A stretch of DNA of 64,000 nt from an uncultured virus (IMG/VR IMGVR_UViG_3300030426_000047) (IMGVR_UViG_3300030426_000047), one strand, 5' to 3'. Counted from the stretch's first letter, positions 18,771 to 28,243 are shown. Numbers and translations: made by a program. The notes: generated from the sequence alone by a model not told the origin.

Positions 18771-18982
18771 CAACCGCGCCCTCCGTTGCGTGCATAGGAT
18801 CGCGGGCTGGACGTAACGACATGAGCGGCGACAATCCCCCGCAACTTAACCAGCTGGTCGAGAGTCACATCGGCATACCGGACCGTATCGTCCTTGACGG
18901 TAACGGTCCCGATCCGATTACCGAGGCCCATCTCTACTATTGCCCGGTCGAGGTTATCAATGTCTGTCTGGGTATACGCCAT
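18770..18982 (-). CDS. Head-tail joining protein (gpW-like)
   Basis: MAYTQTDIDNLDRAI..TVRY; overlaps portal start. Confidence 0.8.
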   Translation of the reverse strand: MAYTQTDIDNLDRAIVEMGLGNRIGTVTVKDDTVRYADVTLDQLVKLRGIVAAHVVTSSPRSYARNGGRG

Positions 18983-19100
18983 TACATCTCACCACTCCGC
19001 TTTCTTGAAAAAAAATAAAATATATTTTCATGAATAACTGAACGTGAGTGTAACCGACGATTTTCGGCTTTTTGGTAGATGGTGTTTAAATGGGGTTGTA

Positions 19101-19136
19101 TGCGGGTAAACGGGGTATTGTTGCGGGTAAACGGGG
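19101..19136. promoter_or_regulatory. Tandem 15-bp direct repeat upstream of the head operon (possible late activator sites)
   Basis: TGCGGGTAAACGGGG at 19101 and 19122 (21-bp period). Confidence 0.5.
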
Positions 19137-19203
19137 GTTGTTTGGGGTTGACATGAAATTTTATTCGGTGTTGCAGTGGAAAAAAATTCCTTAACCAATA
19201 ATA

Positions 19204-19233
19204 AACCCCAGGTGGTTTCCGGCACCTGGGGTT
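19204..19233 (-). terminator. Hairpin, probable terminator ending the accessory operon
   Basis: AACCCCAGGTG/CACCTGGGGTT stem followed by TTATTATT on the minus strand. Confidence 0.6.
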
Positions 19234-19315
19234 ATCCAACTTCATGAAGCCCCGATAAAAGGGAATTTTGCGCTTCTGCGCGTTTTTATTTCATAGCTAG
19301 GCCTCCTGTTTTAAG

Positions 19316-19570
19316 TTAAAAAAGTGTTCGCTGGACAGGCTTATCCACCGGCATCAACTCAATAGTTTCGTCATCGAACGGAGATAATAGGCCATCCTCG
19401 ACGATATTGTTATAATAGTGCAGATCCGGAGAGTTGTTAAAAGTGCACCACAGATCGACAATGCCAGCACGAGTTCGGTCTCGCAAAATCTTGACTACGG
19501 TAAACACAGACCCTTTTGAGCCTCTCCGCCGCGTCACCTTAATTTTCATGCCTTTTTCGATTTTCATCAC
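19316..19570 (-). CDS. Hypothetical protein (cassette)
   Basis: Co-oriented small ORF ending PVQRTLF. Confidence 0.55.
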   Translation of the reverse strand: MMKIEKGMKIKVTRRRGSKGSVFTVVKILRDRTRAGIVDLWCTFNNSPDLHYYNNIVEDGLLSPFDDETIELMPVDKPVQRTLF

Positions 19571-19583
19571 TGATCATCAGTTA

Positions 19584-19766
19584 TTAATCTGTCGATTGCC
19601 ACTCACTTTCCATAATCGTTTGTCCGCACCGCGTGCAATCATGCACATATGAATACCAGGGGAATGTATGGTAAACGGTTGCCAACTGTATTTCAGAACA
19701 GTTGGGGCAAATTATTTTTTCGGTATGACGGTTTGTCGTTTCTGATAATTTACTCATCTCTGTCAT
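19584..19766 (-). CDS. Small zinc-ribbon protein
   Basis: CPNC...CTRC. Confidence 0.6.
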   Translation of the reverse strand: MTEMSKLSETTNRHTEKIICPNCSEIQLATVYHTFPWYSYVHDCTRCGQTIMESEWQSTD

Positions 19767-19926
19767 CCCAAAGCTCCTTAGCCTCGTCCCAATCCATTCC
19801 TACTGGACCATCAGCCTTGCATGTGTAGCAATGCACCCAATGCAGATTGCCGACTTCCCCGCGCAAGTGCATCAGTTGGTCCCCCTTGCACCACGGACAC
19901 GGTTTTAAACCTTCAACTTTGCCCAT
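19750..19926 (-). CDS. Lar-family restriction alleviation-like protein (58 aa, not in ORF track)
   Basis: Hand translation MGKVEGLKPCPWCKG..VHCYTCKADGP..DEAKELWDDRDE fits the Lar pattern LKPCPxC..CxxC..EA...W. Confidence 0.7.
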   Translation of the reverse strand: MGKVEGLKPCPWCKGDQLMHLRGEVGNLHWVHCYTCKADGPVGMDWDEAKELWDDRDE

Positions 19927-19957
19927 TTTTTTACCTTAGAAAAAGATTGACCCTCAG

Positions 19958-20143
19958 TTAGTAGCTTGCAGACTGCCTAACCATGTTTTTACAAAAATAC
20001 TGTTCACTGGCCTGTTGAGTTTTGCCGGGATTATCAAGATAGTGGTACACAACAAGCCCCTCGAAATAATCCTCAACACGCAGGGGTCTGCCGTTTTTTC
20101 TATTAATATAATCCTGCCACCTTTTGATGTCGTTTGATTGCAT
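19958..20143 (-). CDS. Hypothetical protein (cassette)
   Basis: GAGG RBS inside TAACTGAGG repeat; stop is part of the next repeat. Confidence 0.55.
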   Translation of the reverse strand: MQSNDIKRWQDYINRKNGRPLRVEDYFEGLVVYHYLDNPGKTQQASEQYFCKNMVRQSASY

Positions 20144-20182
20144 GTGTTGTGCACCTCAGTTAATATTGAGCAGACCGCCTGA

Positions 20183-20455
20183 CTAAAGGTAGATAAACTT
20201 GTCTCTTGGGTAGAAGTAGTTTTTCAGAGGAAAGTCTGGTTTTTCTATCGGCTTCCACCCGTCCGCTCCGCAACACGGCTCGAATCCCTTAGGACCATCC
20301 AACGATTCTGATTCTCTGCCAATTTTTTCTCCAGTCGGTGCATACAGAACAACGTCAATAAGTAGCTCCCCATCGTAATCGTGAACATCAATTATCCGGC
20401 CAATCCTATCGCCCTGAGCAACCCATCCGCCTTTTTTGTATTTATTTTGCTCCAT
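20183..20455 (-). CDS. Hypothetical protein (cassette)
   Basis: Follows repeat and GAGG RBS. Confidence 0.6.
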   Translation of the reverse strand: MEQNKYKKGGWVAQGDRIGRIIDVHDYDGELLIDVVLYAPTGEKIGRESESLDGPKGFEPCCGADGWKPIEKPDFPLKNYFYPRDKFIYL

Positions 20456-20480
20456 TTCTAAAACCTCACTTGGTTTGTTT

Positions 20481-20532
20481 TACTTTCGACTGTGCGTCAG
20501 TTATTATCGGTCAATTTCGTTATTGCCGCCTA
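20481..20532 (-). repeat. Inter-cassette repeat copy
   Basis: TAACTGACGCACAGTCGAAAGTA core identical to 21215-21237 and 28275-28297; extra ~28 bp shared with 21238-21266. Confidence 0.9.
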
Positions 20533-20676
20533 ACACATATTCATTTCGCGCAAAGAATCAAACTCGCCCGTATATCTTCCCTGAATTGTTATACGGAAAT
20601 AGTGCTCTGGCAGTTTAGAGAAATTACCGTAAAAGCATTTGTGCCAAAAAGTTTCTTCCTCCATCCATGGCGTCAT
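20530..20676 (-). CDS. Small hypothetical protein (48 aa, MTPWMEEETFWHK...)
   Basis: ATGA overlap with upstream gene; TAG stop abuts the repeat. Confidence 0.4.
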   Translation of the reverse strand: MTPWMEEETFWHKCFYGNFSKLPEHYFRITIQGRYTGEFDSLREMNMC

Positions 20677-21173
20677 GCTTTAATTCCTTCATTTAACATC
20701 CACCAAATCACGGAGTACAACTCTTCCTTTGAACGGACACAAAATGAAACAGGAGATTTTTCCTCACTCATTCCCTCGAAGTATCCAACATATCGGTTGA
20801 CATTCATCCACTCAGGGAATGGCCGCTTAAGTTCAGCCCACACCCGGACGCACCAATCGTGAAAATTTCCACGGATTTTAATTTTGATCCCAGGCATGTC
20901 GAACCTGTAAACAGGTAATAATATTGATTTCGAGGTATGGGTGCCGTCTACTGTCAGCATCTTTTTTGATTCATCAAAAATAAAACCGCCTAAAACCATA
21001 TAGCTCAAAGTGTCGCGCACCCACAGGATTTGATTTACCGCGGCCTTCCCGTAAATCATCCCCTCTTCGTCCGGCTGATTATTGTTAAGCCAGTCTTGCA
21101 GGGGAATCATTTTCTTTTCATCCCATGCCCTGTCAATAATGTCTTCGCAGGCTTTGCTTCTTCCGTCTGTCAT
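20673..21173 (-). CDS. Hypothetical protein (cassette)
   Basis: Starts after repeat-encoded AGGAG RBS. Confidence 0.65.
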   Translation of the reverse strand: MTDGRSKACEDIIDRAWDEKKMIPLQDWLNNNQPDEEGMIYGKAAVNQILWVRDTLSYMVLGGFIFDESKKMLTVDGTHTSKSILLPVYRFDMPGIKIKIRGNFHDWCVRVWAELKRPFPEWMNVNRYVGYFEGMSEEKSPVSFCVRSKEELYSVIWWMLNEGIKA

Positions 21174-21182
21174 GTCTCACCG

Positions 21183-21272
21183 CTCCTTTTTGATATCTGG
21201 CAAAAGCCAGATACTACTTTCGACTGTGCGTCAGTTACTATCGGTCAATTTCGTTATTGTTGCCTAGCATTA
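21183..21272 (-). repeat. Inter-cassette repeat copy (full: stop, core, hairpin, RBS)
   Basis: TAATGCTAGG..TAACTGACGCACAGTCGAAAGTAGT-ATCTGGC-TTTT-GCCAGAT-ATCAAAAAGGAG. Confidence 0.9.
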
Positions 21273-22088
21273 TGTTTGGTAAATCTCGCAAGACTCCCCA
21301 CAACCAAGATCGAAGTTGAATCTTGCTTGTTTCATGCCAAGGTAATTTGCAATCTTATCGCTCCAAAGATCTGCAGTTGTTCTGTTACCCCTGAACATCT
21401 GCCTCCACCCGGTGTCTCTAATGTCGGAACCATTCCCAGATGTTGAGTATTTGCTTTCAAGTATTTTCGGCGCATCAAGGACACGTGGGTTATCGCTCAT
21501 CAACTGGAACAGTTTTTTATCACTTTTCTTCCAGCACCAAACGCAGTTGCCTTGATAATCCCTAAGCCCAAGGCCAAAGGGTTGGTTTGCCCAAAAATGT
21601 TTTACGTCATCCTTGGTTATAAAATGGTCAACAAGTGGATATATTATCTTTTCCTGGTTTCCGTTAACTCTGCGGTATTCGTCAGCCCTAATGCCAATAG
21701 CTGTCTCATAGATGCCCTTATCTGACATGTAGCTCTTAATGGCTGCGAGTTTTAATTCTCTTGTACAGTGAGGGTAAGACTTGTTCGGAAGCCCATATTT
21801 TGCACACATACTTTCAAATAAATCCAACCCGCGATGCGCTGTCCTGAAGTCTACAATTTTATGAGTAGTGCCTTTTTGCATCTCGGGATCTATCACGGCT
21901 TCAACCCACACAACGTTAAGGCCAAACTCGTTATCGCAACGCTCAACAAACCTCAAAGTCTCCTCGTTTTCTTGACCAGTGTTTGCAAAAACACAGTGGA
22001 CCTCACACCCGCGAAACTCCTCTTTTGCCATGTGAGTCATATATCCGGATGTCTCGCCGCCCGAGAAACTTAACAACACTTTTCTCAT
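21270..22088 (-). CDS. PAPS reductase-family (PP-loop) protein
   Basis: SFSGGETSG, FANTGQE, CTRELK, IGIRADE, GNCVWC, CGESCE. Confidence 0.85.
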   Translation of the reverse strand: MRKVLLSFSGGETSGYMTHMAKEEFRGCEVHCVFANTGQENEETLRFVERCDNEFGLNVVWVEAVIDPEMQKGTTHKIVDFRTAHRGLDLFESMCAKYGLPNKSYPHCTRELKLAAIKSYMSDKGIYETAIGIRADEYRRVNGNQEKIIYPLVDHFITKDDVKHFWANQPFGLGLRDYQGNCVWCWKKSDKKLFQLMSDNPRVLDAPKILESKYSTSGNGSDIRDTGWRQMFRGNRTTADLWSDKIANYLGMKQARFNFDLGCGESCEIYQT

Positions 22089-22145
22089 TGATTGTGCTCC
22101 ATTTGCGCAAAATTGCTTTTGCGCGATTGTACTTTCGATTGTTGC

Positions 22146-23000
22146 TTACCCAAGCAGATCTTCAATAACCCGACTCGCTTCAGCCACAGACACTTTTCCG
22201 AGATATCTTTGAGTTGTCGCGATATCCGCGTGTCTCAACAAAATTTTACTTACCAGTTCCAGTGCCATACCGGATCGAGATGCCTGTGTCGCAGCATGAC
22301 GCCTGAGGTCGTGAGGGCGAATCCTTACCCCGACCGCTTCCCCGCGAGTCTTTACCATCCGAAATGCGGTGCTGTACGACACATCAAAAATTTTATCATT
22401 TTTACCTATCTTGTTTTTTCTGACAAAATCATCAAGCCGACGCATTAACCGCTGCGGCAAATACACAACTTCCCCTTGCCGGCCAGATTTCGGTTGTTCA
22501 ATCAGAATGGTATTCACTTCGACATTCAGATGAGCAGCCCGCATATTCAACACCTCTCCAACTCGCATTGCGGTACGGCCCATGAGCTCCAAAATAAGCC
22601 TGTCCCGCCCCTGCGCCCGATATATGATCTCATCAACAATTTCTTTATCCAACAGTTCAGGAGAAGTGTGCCTTGGTTGTTTGTAAAGTTTTTTTATAAT
22701 CCCTTTCGCACACGGGTTAATCAGATTCAGTTCAAACGTGTCAGCAACAAAATTAAAAAATGCTGATATCTGGCCAGCCCTATTGCTTTTTGTCGAAGGA
22801 GACAACCCATCGGTCAGCATTTCCAAAAATGTCGCAACATCAGAATCAGGGATATCTCCAATATCATTTCCGGAAAACAATTCTTTAAATTTATTAAGGG
22901 TGTACTCAAACCCACGGATTGTGTTTGGCCGTGAGTTTGCCCGGTGGTAGTCCATATATGATTTCACGCCTAAGTCCACACTGATAGTCGTACCACTCAT
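22146..23000 (-). CDS. Second tyrosine recombinase (XerD-like, no arm-binding domain)
   Basis: Catalytic MRVGE, K, HDLRRH, LLRH, TTQRY; N-terminal SAM-like core-binding domain. Confidence 0.9.
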   Translation of the reverse strand: MSGTTISVDLGVKSYMDYHRANSRPNTIRGFEYTLNKFKELFSGNDIGDIPDSDVATFLEMLTDGLSPSTKSNRAGQISAFFNFVADTFELNLINPCAKGIIKKLYKQPRHTSPELLDKEIVDEIIYRAQGRDRLILELMGRTAMRVGEVLNMRAAHLNVEVNTILIEQPKSGRQGEVVYLPQRLMRRLDDFVRKNKIGKNDKIFDVSYSTAFRMVKTRGEAVGVRIRPHDLRRHAATQASRSGMALELVSKILLRHADIATTQRYLGKVSVAEASRVIEDLLG

Positions 23001-23163
23001 GTCTTAATCTCCTTTATCCATGCATCCAACCGAGACAGATATCGTCCGATTATTATTATTCTTTCCTTGATTCTTTTCTCGTGCAGGCGAACAAGTAATG
23101 ATGACTGTTCGAGCGCCAAAGTCTTTGCCACATACTCATCAGCCATAGCATCACGGGCAGCAA

Positions 23164-23772
23164 CTATGGCATCGAGAGGGATATCGTCGACAGAAAGAGT
23201 TTTCGTGCGGCAATCACCCCGGCGATCTGCTCAGCGACCTGCCGAAGAAAACCGAATTTTGGACAAAACCGCTGATCAAAAAACGGATAATCGTCAAGCT
23301 CGGTCTCGCTGATATGCTCGGCCCCATTTGCCACCGGTTCATATCCGTTATACTGGTCGAGCCTGAGCACCAAGCCACCCTTCGATTTTATAAATTCAAC
23401 CTCAGTAACAAACCTGATATCGTCGATGACCACATGCTTGCCAGCTGGAAGCATCCTTATCAGAGCCCGAACCCAATACTCCGGATCTTCCGCTCTTCGC
23501 ACATCGGTACCCCAGTACTGCAGGATTTCCCTGATAGTCAGATAGCCGTCACCGGGGGCAGAGTCTTTCATCCAGGAAGGCACAGGCACTGTAAGATTTT
23601 TAGATTCCTGCCGATACGCCATCCACAACGGAAATTCAAATATTTCCGCTGCCTCTTTTTTTACCTCATCGCCAAGTGACATTTTTTGCCACTCTGGTCC
23701 AAGCAAGGAAACCAGCAATTCAGCCAGGGTAGATTTCCCGCAACCCGCTTTTCCATATATTCCGATAATCAT
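23164..23772 (-). CDS. Deoxynucleoside monophosphate kinase
   Basis: GKAGCGKST P-loop, REILQYWGTD, DDIRF, HISET. Confidence 0.85.
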   Translation of the reverse strand: MIIGIYGKAGCGKSTLAELLVSLLGPEWQKMSLGDEVKKEAAEIFEFPLWMAYRQESKNLTVPVPSWMKDSAPGDGYLTIREILQYWGTDVRRAEDPEYWVRALIRMLPAGKHVVIDDIRFVTEVEFIKSKGGLVLRLDQYNGYEPVANGAEHISETELDDYPFFDQRFCPKFGFLRQVAEQIAGVIAARKLFLSTISLSMP

Positions 23773-24107
23773 TGGTTATTCCCTCCATGCATCAGCGGCA
23801 AATTTTCTAGATCGGTAATTTTTATACAGGCAAGCTCAACATCAAGGGTGCCATAACACGCAAGCACATCCTCCTGATCACCAGACCAGATCTCGTCGGC
23901 GCGTTGTTTTTTAAAGGCCTTAACCTTTCCCCTCAATCGCCTTACCTTGCCATATCCAAGTGACAAAACAACCGGCCGACCAGGGTAACACGTCTTCTCA
24001 TTCCATCGGTGGCCATAGAGGCGAAACTCTTCGTCTTTCCAGCCATCCTTAAAATCGAGAAAGAATTCTTTTTTGAGCGGAATGAATAATGGTTTCATGC
24101 TACTCAT
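23769..24107 (-). CDS. ASCH/PUA-like domain protein
   Basis: LFIPLKKEFF..GWKDEEFR..W..LGY pattern. Confidence 0.65.
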   Translation of the reverse strand: MSSMKPLFIPLKKEFFLDFKDGWKDEEFRLYGHRWNEKTCYPGRPVVLSLGYGKVRRLRGKVKAFKKQRADEIWSGDQEDVLACYGTLDVELACIKITDLENLPLMHGGNNQ

Positions 24108-24738
24108 TCAACGGCATGATAATACCGTCGCCGCCATCGAACCTGATCAGACCAAGCCTTTCTTCATGCGGTTTAATCATGACACCGCTCAGCTTTGCTA
24201 TACGCCGCAGCTGGTTTATTGCGAAACTTATGTCGCCAATTTTAATCCCGGCATATTTATCGCCGCCAAACCCTGAACCGCAGCACCTTCCACAAATTTT
24301 CCGATAAGACGCCACACCGACTCCACGAATCTCTCCGTCTCCGTAGCAACTTTTGCACTCGATTTCATAATCTGAAAATTGGTTTTGAAACAGCAGGTCC
24401 CCTTTACCACCACACTCGGGGAAAACAGCGACAATAACCCAGCCCTTGCCCTTGCAAATTGCACATGGAACGGCAGGCGGCAACTCCGGCAACGGCAGAA
24501 AACCGAGATAAGACTCTTTAGCAGCAGCCTCGAGCATTATCGTAAACTTGGTTTCATGTACATACGTTTGCTCCTGGCTGAGGTTTTCCGGAACATCGTT
24601 TTTTTTGCACCTGATCATGATCACACCGTCGCTGTAATAGGTGTGATTTTCCCCCGACCACGGCATCGAGAGAATAATAGGAATATCTCGTCGATCACCA
24701 TTTTTGTCCGAACAAAATTCTCTCAAGTCAATGTTCAA
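24100..24738 (-). CDS. Phage protein with DnaJ-type CxxCxGxG zinc-finger repeats
   Basis: CAICKGKG, PECGGKG, CKSCYGDG, CGRCCGSG. Confidence 0.7.
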   Translation of the reverse strand: MNIDLREFCSDKNGDRRDIPIILSMPWSGENHTYYSDGVIMIRCKKNDVPENLSQEQTYVHETKFTIMLEAAAKESYLGFLPLPELPPAVPCAICKGKGWVIVAVFPECGGKGDLLFQNQFSDYEIECKSCYGDGEIRGVGVASYRKICGRCCGSGFGGDKYAGIKIGDISFAINQLRRIAKLSGVMIKPHEERLGLIRFDGGDGIIMPLNE

Positions 24739-24965
24739 TATTTCCCCCTGTTAGCAATTTTTTCCCGCCGCCATTCGTCGATCATACCCCGGTCAGACTC
24801 CCAGATCCCCGCGATCTTCGTTGCCGGCAGGCCCTCCGTCTGTATCAGTTTTAACACTGTCGCCTCACTGCGACTCATATGCTCGCAGATAGCTTTCATC
24901 CCGATCAGGGCCGCATGTTCTTTAACGTTTTCTTTTGCAACCTTACTGCCTTTTGCCATGGCCAT
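24735..24965 (-). CDS. Small excisionase/AlpA-like HTH DNA-binding protein
   Basis: GMKAICEHMSRSEATVLKLI..GLPATKIAGIW; immediately after terL. Confidence 0.7.
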   Translation of the reverse strand: MAMAKGSKVAKENVKEHAALIGMKAICEHMSRSEATVLKLIQTEGLPATKIAGIWESDRGMIDEWRREKIANRGKY

Positions 24966-26933
24966 TTACCACCTCTCTCTTTTCTGGGTTTGTTTCGCCC
25001 TTGACTGCGGCCTGGGCTGTGATTCCGTTGTGCTCGGGTCAGCAAGGTACCTGAGGCCTTTCATGTCTGCGGCAACCATCGCCAGGACGGTGCAGTCCAG
25101 TTTATGGTTTGCCCGGTTGCCGATCTGCTGCCAGACTCCTTTTTCATCGCGGGCCTCGGCGCAGAGTTGGGCGAGAGTGTCGGAGGTAACCTCGGAATGG
25201 AAATTGATAGCACCGGGATCGTTGCGGCCGACCTTCAGTTTGCCGTCAAGTTTATCCTTGTAGTAGGTGGTATTGACCCGTACTCGCTTGAGAGCCCCTG
25301 GGAACTTTTTCTTTTCCGAACCTGGATAAAATTCGACATCAGCGGTATCGTACGGCTGACCGCCGCGAATATTCTGCTCACCCATAGCCGGCAGCACCTT
25401 GCCAGGATGCAATGCGCACCAGTCATACACCTCACTGGTCCGGTGCCCCCTGGCATCGATCAGACCGTAATGCACCGGAATACGAGTGCCGTCGGCAGTG
25501 CAGTATTCAAAATCCCAAAGAACCGTCTCAAGGTCTTCAAAACTCTCGACAAAGCCATCTTTTACCTGCCACATATTCTGGGTTCGACCGTAACCGAAGG
25601 CATAAATCATATAGTGAAAACCGTCATCCTGGGTATCAACGCCAAACTCCAGCCGAGCCACCCGACCGTTGCCCGGCACGATCCCTTCAGGCCGGTCATC
25701 TCGCAGGGCAAGGAGACCCTCTTCAAGCCTGGTCGCCTCTACCTCCATCCACGGCTCGGCCCTGTGTTTGTTGAAAAAATCCTTTAACATCCGGCGCCGG
25801 TCGCCGGGGTCCTGTTTCGGGCTGTTTGCCGTGAGAAAATCGGCGGCTACCTTAGAGAGCGATACCCGAGACGAGGTCCAACTCGATTGATGAAAACCGA
25901 TATTCGCCGGACGGTGACGATTCAAAAATTGAAACAACTCCAACCCCGGCGTGCCGTCGGCCCGACGCTCTCGCCAAGTTCGTGTTTGAATGGCACGGTC
26001 GCGGGCGCTGTCGTTCCATTTTCTGTCGCAGTGTTCACACTCGTACCAGGCAAGTTTTTGCTCGGCGATCAGGAGGGGATCAAGGCTATGGCCGTCCTCA
26101 CCCTTCGGCCACTTGATCCGCTCAAAGACCATTAGTTGTTCCTGCCCACAGAAAGGGCAGCGGACGTAATAATCAAAAATCACTCGGCAGTACTTGGTCA
26201 ACGCCTGCCAGATCGGACCAGACTCAAGGGTCGGAGTCGAGCTGATAAAAATTTTATGGTTGTGCGGATAATCGATTACACGGGCCTCGGCGTTTTTAAT
26301 CGTGTCACCTTCCCGTTTGTTCGGGGTCTCGGGGAATTTGTCGACCTCCTGCAGATCAAGGTAGCGAATCGATTTGTTCGAGGTGGAGGAAGCAGATCCA
26401 GCCCAGCCGATATAAAAAGTGCAGCTATTAAGTTTGACCTTACCTGCGGCAAAGTCGTCTTTATTGCCGGTCTTCAGCGCCCGCAGCCGTGGCGACTTGT
26501 TGATCATCGCGTGGATCCGCTCCTTGCAGTTATCCTTACCGGTGGTCTCGTCGGGATAGACGGACAGGATAGGACCAGGAGCCATATCCATGGCGTAGGC
26601 GTGGCAACTATCGACAGCGGTCGATTTGCCGGTCTGCGGTGGGGCACAGATAACGATCACCCGCACCGAAGGAAAGAAGGCGGCGTCGATCTGCCCGGCG
26701 ATGTGTGGCGATACCTCCAACCGCATGAGATGCCCGGCAAGCGCCCCCTGGGTAATAAAGCGGTGCCGCTCCACCCACTGTGACGGCGATATCTTCTTGC
26801 GCCGCCGGTACATCTGCTGCTCGGCCTGAGTAAACCTGGTCCGGTGCGAGAAGCCCGACCGCAGGCTATGGTGCAGCCAGGGTGGAGCGGACTTCAACCG
26901 GTATGTTTTTACGGCGCCAGGTGAGGTGAGCAT
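24966..26933 (-). CDS. Terminase large subunit, lambda GpA family
   Basis: PQTGKST Walker A, QEVDKFP, SSTPT, CPFCG, GVDTQ, NHKLDC. Confidence 0.93.
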   Translation of the reverse strand: MLTSPGAVKTYRLKSAPPWLHHSLRSGFSHRTRFTQAEQQMYRRRKKISPSQWVERHRFITQGALAGHLMRLEVSPHIAGQIDAAFFPSVRVIVICAPPQTGKSTAVDSCHAYAMDMAPGPILSVYPDETTGKDNCKERIHAMINKSPRLRALKTGNKDDFAAGKVKLNSCTFYIGWAGSASSTSNKSIRYLDLQEVDKFPETPNKREGDTIKNAEARVIDYPHNHKIFISSTPTLESGPIWQALTKYCRVIFDYYVRCPFCGQEQLMVFERIKWPKGEDGHSLDPLLIAEQKLAWYECEHCDRKWNDSARDRAIQTRTWRERRADGTPGLELFQFLNRHRPANIGFHQSSWTSSRVSLSKVAADFLTANSPKQDPGDRRRMLKDFFNKHRAEPWMEVEATRLEEGLLALRDDRPEGIVPGNGRVARLEFGVDTQDDGFHYMIYAFGYGRTQNMWQVKDGFVESFEDLETVLWDFEYCTADGTRIPVHYGLIDARGHRTSEVYDWCALHPGKVLPAMGEQNIRGGQPYDTADVEFYPGSEKKKFPGALKRVRVNTTYYKDKLDGKLKVGRNDPGAINFHSEVTSDTLAQLCAEARDEKGVWQQIGNRANHKLDCTVLAMVAADMKGLRYLADPSTTESQPRPQSRAKQTQKRERW

Positions 26934-26975
26934 TTTAAATTTTCCTTTGATGTGGTGTGATTCAGTCAGAATCTG

Positions 26976-27557
26976 TCAGCCTACCTTTACAACATATCGA
27001 CGAGCCTCTTCATTTACCTGTTCCTCGGGGATGGGGTTCATCCTGTAGATAATCCTGACAAGATCCTCCATCTTTTCCATGCGGAAGAATGTTCTGGCGT
27101 ATGTGTGGGGATTCTTCCCAAGATGGTGCCGGTTTCCCGAGATGTGGTTTTGAACGTCAGATTTAAATAAGGAAAAGTTTGGTTCTGAAACATCTTCTTC
27201 CCGGCTGTAAACGATACTGCAATCAGGACAGTTTTCTTCAACCCAAGACATCCACTCACTCTCGTCGATATCAATATATTCGGTATCTTCTGGCAGTTCG
27301 TTCTCAGCCAAAAACAGAGAAAATTTATCCTCGTTGTTGTCTGCAAAGTCATCAGGCGTGTAAGTTTCTGCGGCATTTCCGTCATAAATCCTCGGCTCGT
27401 CGTCGTTGGTCCCGATCCCTTCTTTTTTGCTCATCGGTCCCCAAAAATACGGGAATGCCTGGCTGTCGTTTTCTTGCATCTGCAACTCTTTCGACATTGC
27501 CATCAACAAATCGTAATCAGATTGATCGATTTCTATTGTGGGCATTTTCTGCTCCAT
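26976..27557 (-). CDS. Acidic hypothetical protein (cassette)
   Basis: ORF preceded by a partial repeat. Confidence 0.65.
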   Translation of the reverse strand: MEQKMPTIEIDQSDYDLLMAMSKELQMQENDSQAFPYFWGPMSKKEGIGTNDDEPRIYDGNAAETYTPDDFADNNEDKFSLFLAENELPEDTEYIDIDESEWMSWVEENCPDCSIVYSREEDVSEPNFSLFKSDVQNHISGNRHHLGKNPHTYARTFFRMEKMEDLVRIIYRMNPIPEEQVNEEARRYVVKVG

Positions 27558-27583
27558 CGTTAAAATTTTAAAATGATTGACTG

Positions 27584-27632
27584 TACTTTCGATTATACCT
27601 GATATCAGGTAGTTGTGATAAAATCTCAGTTA
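27584..27632 (-). repeat. Split inter-cassette repeat copy
   Basis: TAACTGAG half and ATCGAAAGTA half separated by ~30 bp containing palindrome TACCTGATATCAGGTA. Confidence 0.65.
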
Positions 27633-27657
27633 TTGTCTCGCACTGTGCCTATCAATT

Positions 27658-28236
27658 TTATCGAGATGGATTTATATACGGGACAACATCGCCACGCTTT
27701 TCTTTTCCAAGCGTAGATAACCTGTCCTGTATCCACCTGTACCACTCACGATGGGTGGCAGTCAGAGGGATGAAACCAGCTACTGCCGCAATTTTTCGAT
27801 ACTCTGCGAGTTCGCCGCTCGCCCATGCGCGGGGGAGGTACAACCACCACGGCTCAAAGATAATGCTTAACTTATCTGGCCAGCATAAACTCGACGGCTC
27901 TATCCCGGCGTTCCGCGCGTAGTGCCTGGAATGTAGTAGGCACAATCTGTAATATTCAGCACATCCACACCGTGGGGGGTCACTATTCGCTCGGCAGTGC
28001 TCATGACCGTCAAACAACCACCCGGCTATTTTTGCGCCAAGCTCGGGATGCTTTTCCCCCTCCTCGTCGTCCATATTGGCCTTACCCCAATAGCCCCAAT
28101 CATGGACAATGATGCAGACGGTTTCCCTCCATGTAGGCAGCTTGCGGAATAACCACACCCACGCCATCCATACCGTGATTGGGTGCCACAAAAATTGATG
28201 CACACCGAACAACAGGCTTTTGGTTCCGGTCTTCAT
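27658..28236 (-). CDS. Hypothetical protein with HD-like motif (cassette)
   Basis: H..HDWG..H..HSR..D spacing reminiscent of HD phosphohydrolases. Confidence 0.6.
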   Translation of the reverse strand: MKTGTKSLLFGVHQFLWHPITVWMAWVWLFRKLPTWRETVCIIVHDWGYWGKANMDDEEGEKHPELGAKIAGWLFDGHEHCRANSDPPRCGCAEYYRLCLLHSRHYARNAGIEPSSLCWPDKLSIIFEPWWLYLPRAWASGELAEYRKIAAVAGFIPLTATHREWYRWIQDRLSTLGKEKRGDVVPYINPSR

Positions 28237-28243
28237 TTCCCTG

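Noticed and set aside
17355..18797. Long plus-strand ORFs (also 9864-11153, 45985-47295, 48289-49431 and others)
   Set aside because: Antisense shadows of well-supported GC-rich minus-strand phage genes, with no recognisable motifs.
21215..21237. Hammerhead ribozyme (CTGACG...GAAA)
   Set aside because: The core reads CUGACGC rather than CUGANGA, and stems II/III with a cleavage triplet cannot be built convincingly.
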